The position numbers were made by a program, and so were the translations under genes. A DNA stretch of 64,000 nt from Microcoleus sp. (GTDB lineage Bacteria; Cyanobacteriota; Cyanobacteriia; Cyanobacteriales; Microcoleaceae), in NCBI GenBank assembly GCA_052279835.1, contig CP181291.1, positions 3,360,001-3,424,000 of the forward strand, written 5' to 3'. Below, piece by piece: positions 61,484 through 64,000 of this stretch (position 1 is the first letter of the stretch; each line of letters starts with the position of its first letter). Below the pieces are notes generated by a model that ran no database searches, was not told the DNA's origin, and saw only the letters and a list, made by a program, of their open reading frames with translations.

Positions 61484-64000
61484 ATGATTCCTATACAACT
61501 GACACTCAAAAATTTTCTCAGCTATCGCGAAGCTGCTTTAGACTTTCGCGGCTTGCACACTGCTTGCATTTGCGGGCCTAACGGTGCGGGCAAATCTTCA
61601 CTCTTGGAAGCGATTACCTGGGCTGTTTGGGGCTGTTGTCGCAGCGATGAAGATGAGATCATCCACATGGGCGAAATTGATGTTCGGGTTGATTTCACTT
61701 TTGCGACTGGTGGCCAAGTTTATCGGGTAATTCGCCATCGCCGCCGCGGACAATCCGGGAGTTTGGAATTTCAAGTAGCAACCAACCTCCCCTTCTACGC
61801 CCTGAGTAAAGGGGGGGCGCAAGGGGAAAATTGTGGCCTTGGTAAGGGAACGCAAGCAGAATTCACTTCTTCTGAGTCGCTGACTAAGGAGGGGCTAGGG
61901 GGGGTGAATTTTCGCACGCTGACTGATAAAGGTCTGAGAATCACTCAGCAGAAAATTCTCGAATACATTAAATTAGATTACGATACTTTTATCAACTCAG
62001 CCTATCTGCGACAAGGGCGAGCTGATGAGTTTATGCTGAAAAAGCCGATCGAGCGCAAACAAGTGTTAGCAAATTTGCTCAAACTCGATCGCTACGATGG
62101 TTTGTCGGAACAAGCCAAGGATAAATCGAGACAATTTAAAACTCAAGTGGAAGTGCTCAAGCAGAGTTTGCAAACCATACAAGAGCAACTGCAACAAAAA
62201 GATGCGATCGCCACAGAACAAGCCCAATTGCAGCAAACTACGACGCAATTGCAACAACAGCAGCAAATCGACACCGCACTGTTGCAGCAACTGCAACTGC
62301 AACACCACAATCGCCAAACTTGGCAAACACTCCTGGCTGGCTACCAACAACAACACAACAACATCTCTCAAGAATGCCGTCGCTTGCAGCAAGAACTCGC
62401 CGCAGCAAAACAGCAGCAAAATGAGCTGCAAGCCCTGCTAGAGCAAGAAAATGAAATTACAACCGGAATTACTTATTTCCACAGTCTACAAGCCAATGAA
62501 GAGAGTCTAGCCGGAAAATTTAAAGCTAACCAAGAGGCTCAAAATCAACGTCAAAAATTGCAAGAACAGCAGCGGCAAGAATTGAGTGTTTTGCAAGGCA
62601 GAATTCAACAATTGCAAGCTCAATTAGATGTTTTGCAACAGCAAGAAACCGAAGTGATAGAAGTTCTGAAACAGCAGCCGGAGGTGGAAAAAGGACTGGC
62701 TAAATTGCAAGTAGCCCGATCGCAACTCCAACAACTCGAACAACTGCAACTGCAAGTTTCGCCCCTACTCCAACAGCAACAACAGACACAAACTAAACTC
62801 GATCGCGCCCACGCAGGTTTAACCGCCCGCTTGCAGGAAATTAACCGACAGTTACAAGTGGAACAGCAGCAGCGACAGCCCCAATTGCAACAGGAAATTT
62901 CAGCAATTGCCAATCAAATTTTGCTGTTAGAAAACAAGCGAGTTTATCAAGAGCGAGTCCGGGAAAAAGGCAGAGAAAGGCACAACTTTCTCGAAAACCT
63001 GAAATCTAAAAGCCTGGACTATCAAACTAAATTAGATGAAATCGATCGCAAACTGCAACTTTTACGGAAAGAAGAAGGCGAAAAAACTGCCGAGAAGGCT
63101 TTGCTTCGGGAAAGTCAAGCAGCGAATTTGCTGGACAATGAGCAATCTCACTCCCATTTAGTTGTGCGCGATGCCGATTTTGGGAATTGTCCTTTGTGCG
63201 ATCGACCTTTAGACGAACACTACTGGAATTTGGTAGTCAAAAAACATCATACCCAACAGCAAGAAATTTGGAATCAACTCTGGGTAGTCCGGGAACAGTT
63301 AGCCGTGTCGGAACGGGAAATTCACGTCCTCAGACAGGAATTTCGCCAACTAGAAGCTGAATTAGCCCCCTATGAAGAATTGCGGGAACGGCGCGCTAAT
63401 TTGCAGGCTCAATTGGAGGCACTGGGTAAAGATGAAAAGCGCTTGCAAATTCTGCGAAAAGATGCTGGGGAAATAGAGCGATCGCTCCGTACTGGGGATT
63501 ACGCATCCGATGAGTATGCCCAACTCCAACAAATCGAACAGCAACTGCAACAACTCAATTATAGCGATCTCAGTCACTCCCTCGTCCGCAGTGAAGAAAA
63601 GCGTTTGCGGTGGGCAGAAATTCAGCAATCTCAAATCAAAGATGCTCAACAGAAATTTAATAAAATTAAGGCCCGCCGTCCTGAATTGCAAACTCAATTA
63701 GTCGCATTGCAGCAGCAGTTAGAACAGGAAAAAAACAGTTCGCCCATACAGCAGCAAATTCTGTCTTTAGATAGATATATTGCCGAAGTTGGTTACAATT
63801 TTGAACAGCACGAACAAGTCCGCAGCGAAATGCGCCGGACGCAATTTTGGCTTCCTAGGGCCGAAAAACTGCGGGCGGCAACTCAGCAGCACCCGCAAGT
63901 GCAGCAGCGAGTTAATGAAATAGCTAGTTCGATGGCTGTGCGCGATCGAGATTTGCAAGCTGTCAGCGCTCAAATTGCGGCCATGAATAAGCAGTTGCAA
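61484..64000 (+). CDS. sbcC: SbcC/Rad50 ATPase, runs off window
   Basis: Not in the ORF track. Manual translation gives MIPIQLTLKNFLSY...GPNGAGKSS...FINSAYLRQGRADEF, coiled coil, and CPLC zinc hook near 63188. Confidence 0.92.
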   Translation, partial: MIPIQLTLKNFLSYREAALDFRGLHTACICGPNGAGKSSLLEAITWAVWGCCRSDEDEIIHMGEIDVRVDFTFATGGQVYRVIRHRRRGQSGSLEFQVATNLPFYALSKGGAQGENCGLGKGTQAEFTSSESLTKEGLGGVNFRTLTDKGLRITQQKILEYIKLDYDTFINSAYLRQGRADEFMLKKPIERKQVLANLLKLDRYDGLSEQAKDKSRQFKTQVEVLKQSLQTIQEQLQQKDAIATEQAQLQQTTTQLQQQQQIDTALLQQLQLQHHNRQTWQTLLAGYQQQHNNISQECRRLQQELAAAKQQQNELQALLEQENEITTGITYFHSLQANEESLAGKFKANQEAQNQRQKLQEQQRQELSVLQGRIQQLQAQLDVLQQQETEVIEVLKQQPEVEKGLAKLQVARSQLQQLEQLQLQVSPLLQQQQQTQTKLDRAHAGLTARLQEINRQLQVEQQQRQPQLQQEISAIANQILLLENKRVYQERVREKGRERHNFLENLKSKSLDYQTKLDEIDRKLQLLRKEEGEKTAEKALLRESQAANLLDNEQSHSHLVVRDADFGNCPLCDRPLDEHYWNLVVKKHHTQQQEIWNQLWVVREQLAVSEREIHVLRQEFRQLEAELAPYEELRERRANLQAQLEALGKDEKRLQILRKDAGEIERSLRTGDYASDEYAQLQQIEQQLQQLNYSDLSHSLVRSEEKRLRWAEIQQSQIKDAQQKFNKIKARRPELQTQLVALQQQLEQEKNSSPIQQQILSLDRYIAEVGYNFEQHEQVRSEMRRTQFWLPRAEKLRAATQQHPQVQQRVNEIASSMAVRDRDLQAVSAQIAAMNKQLQ

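Overview
This is 64 kb of chromosome from a filamentous cyanobacterium, probably Oscillatoriales/Microcoleus-like (inferred from dense HIP1 GCGATCGC sites, fraCDE and heptamer STRR tracts). Housekeeping content includes a beta-ketoacyl synthase (partial), cyclophilin, ycf4, psbD, psbC, eda, an Hsp70-like protein, tRNA-Leu(TAG), pntA/pntAb/pntB, MFS pumps, RTX and surface proteins, cobO, fraCDE, larE, glcEF, devH, mtnX/mtnB, patatin, mlaE and sbcC (partial). Main unusual features: (1) A nested element inside the pnt operon. An iscB gene with its upstream omega/HEARO-like RNA is interrupted by a group II intron whose EBS1 pairs with the iscB exon and whose removal restores a 429-aa IscB. The intron ORF has lost its RT core in frame, and the cassette is bracketed by MITE-type inverted repeats rather than IS200/IS605 hairpins. 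(2) The normally overlapping psbD/psbC pair is split by a tnpB 3' remnant that is in frame with the ancestral psbC-type GTG, and a second copy of the psbD tail survives as a mini-ORF ([10 protein letters not shown]) over the real psbC start. (3) Many TA-flanked nested palindromic repeats, some translated in frame inside proteins or overlapping start/stop codons. Family assignments come from motif recognition by eye, not database searches.
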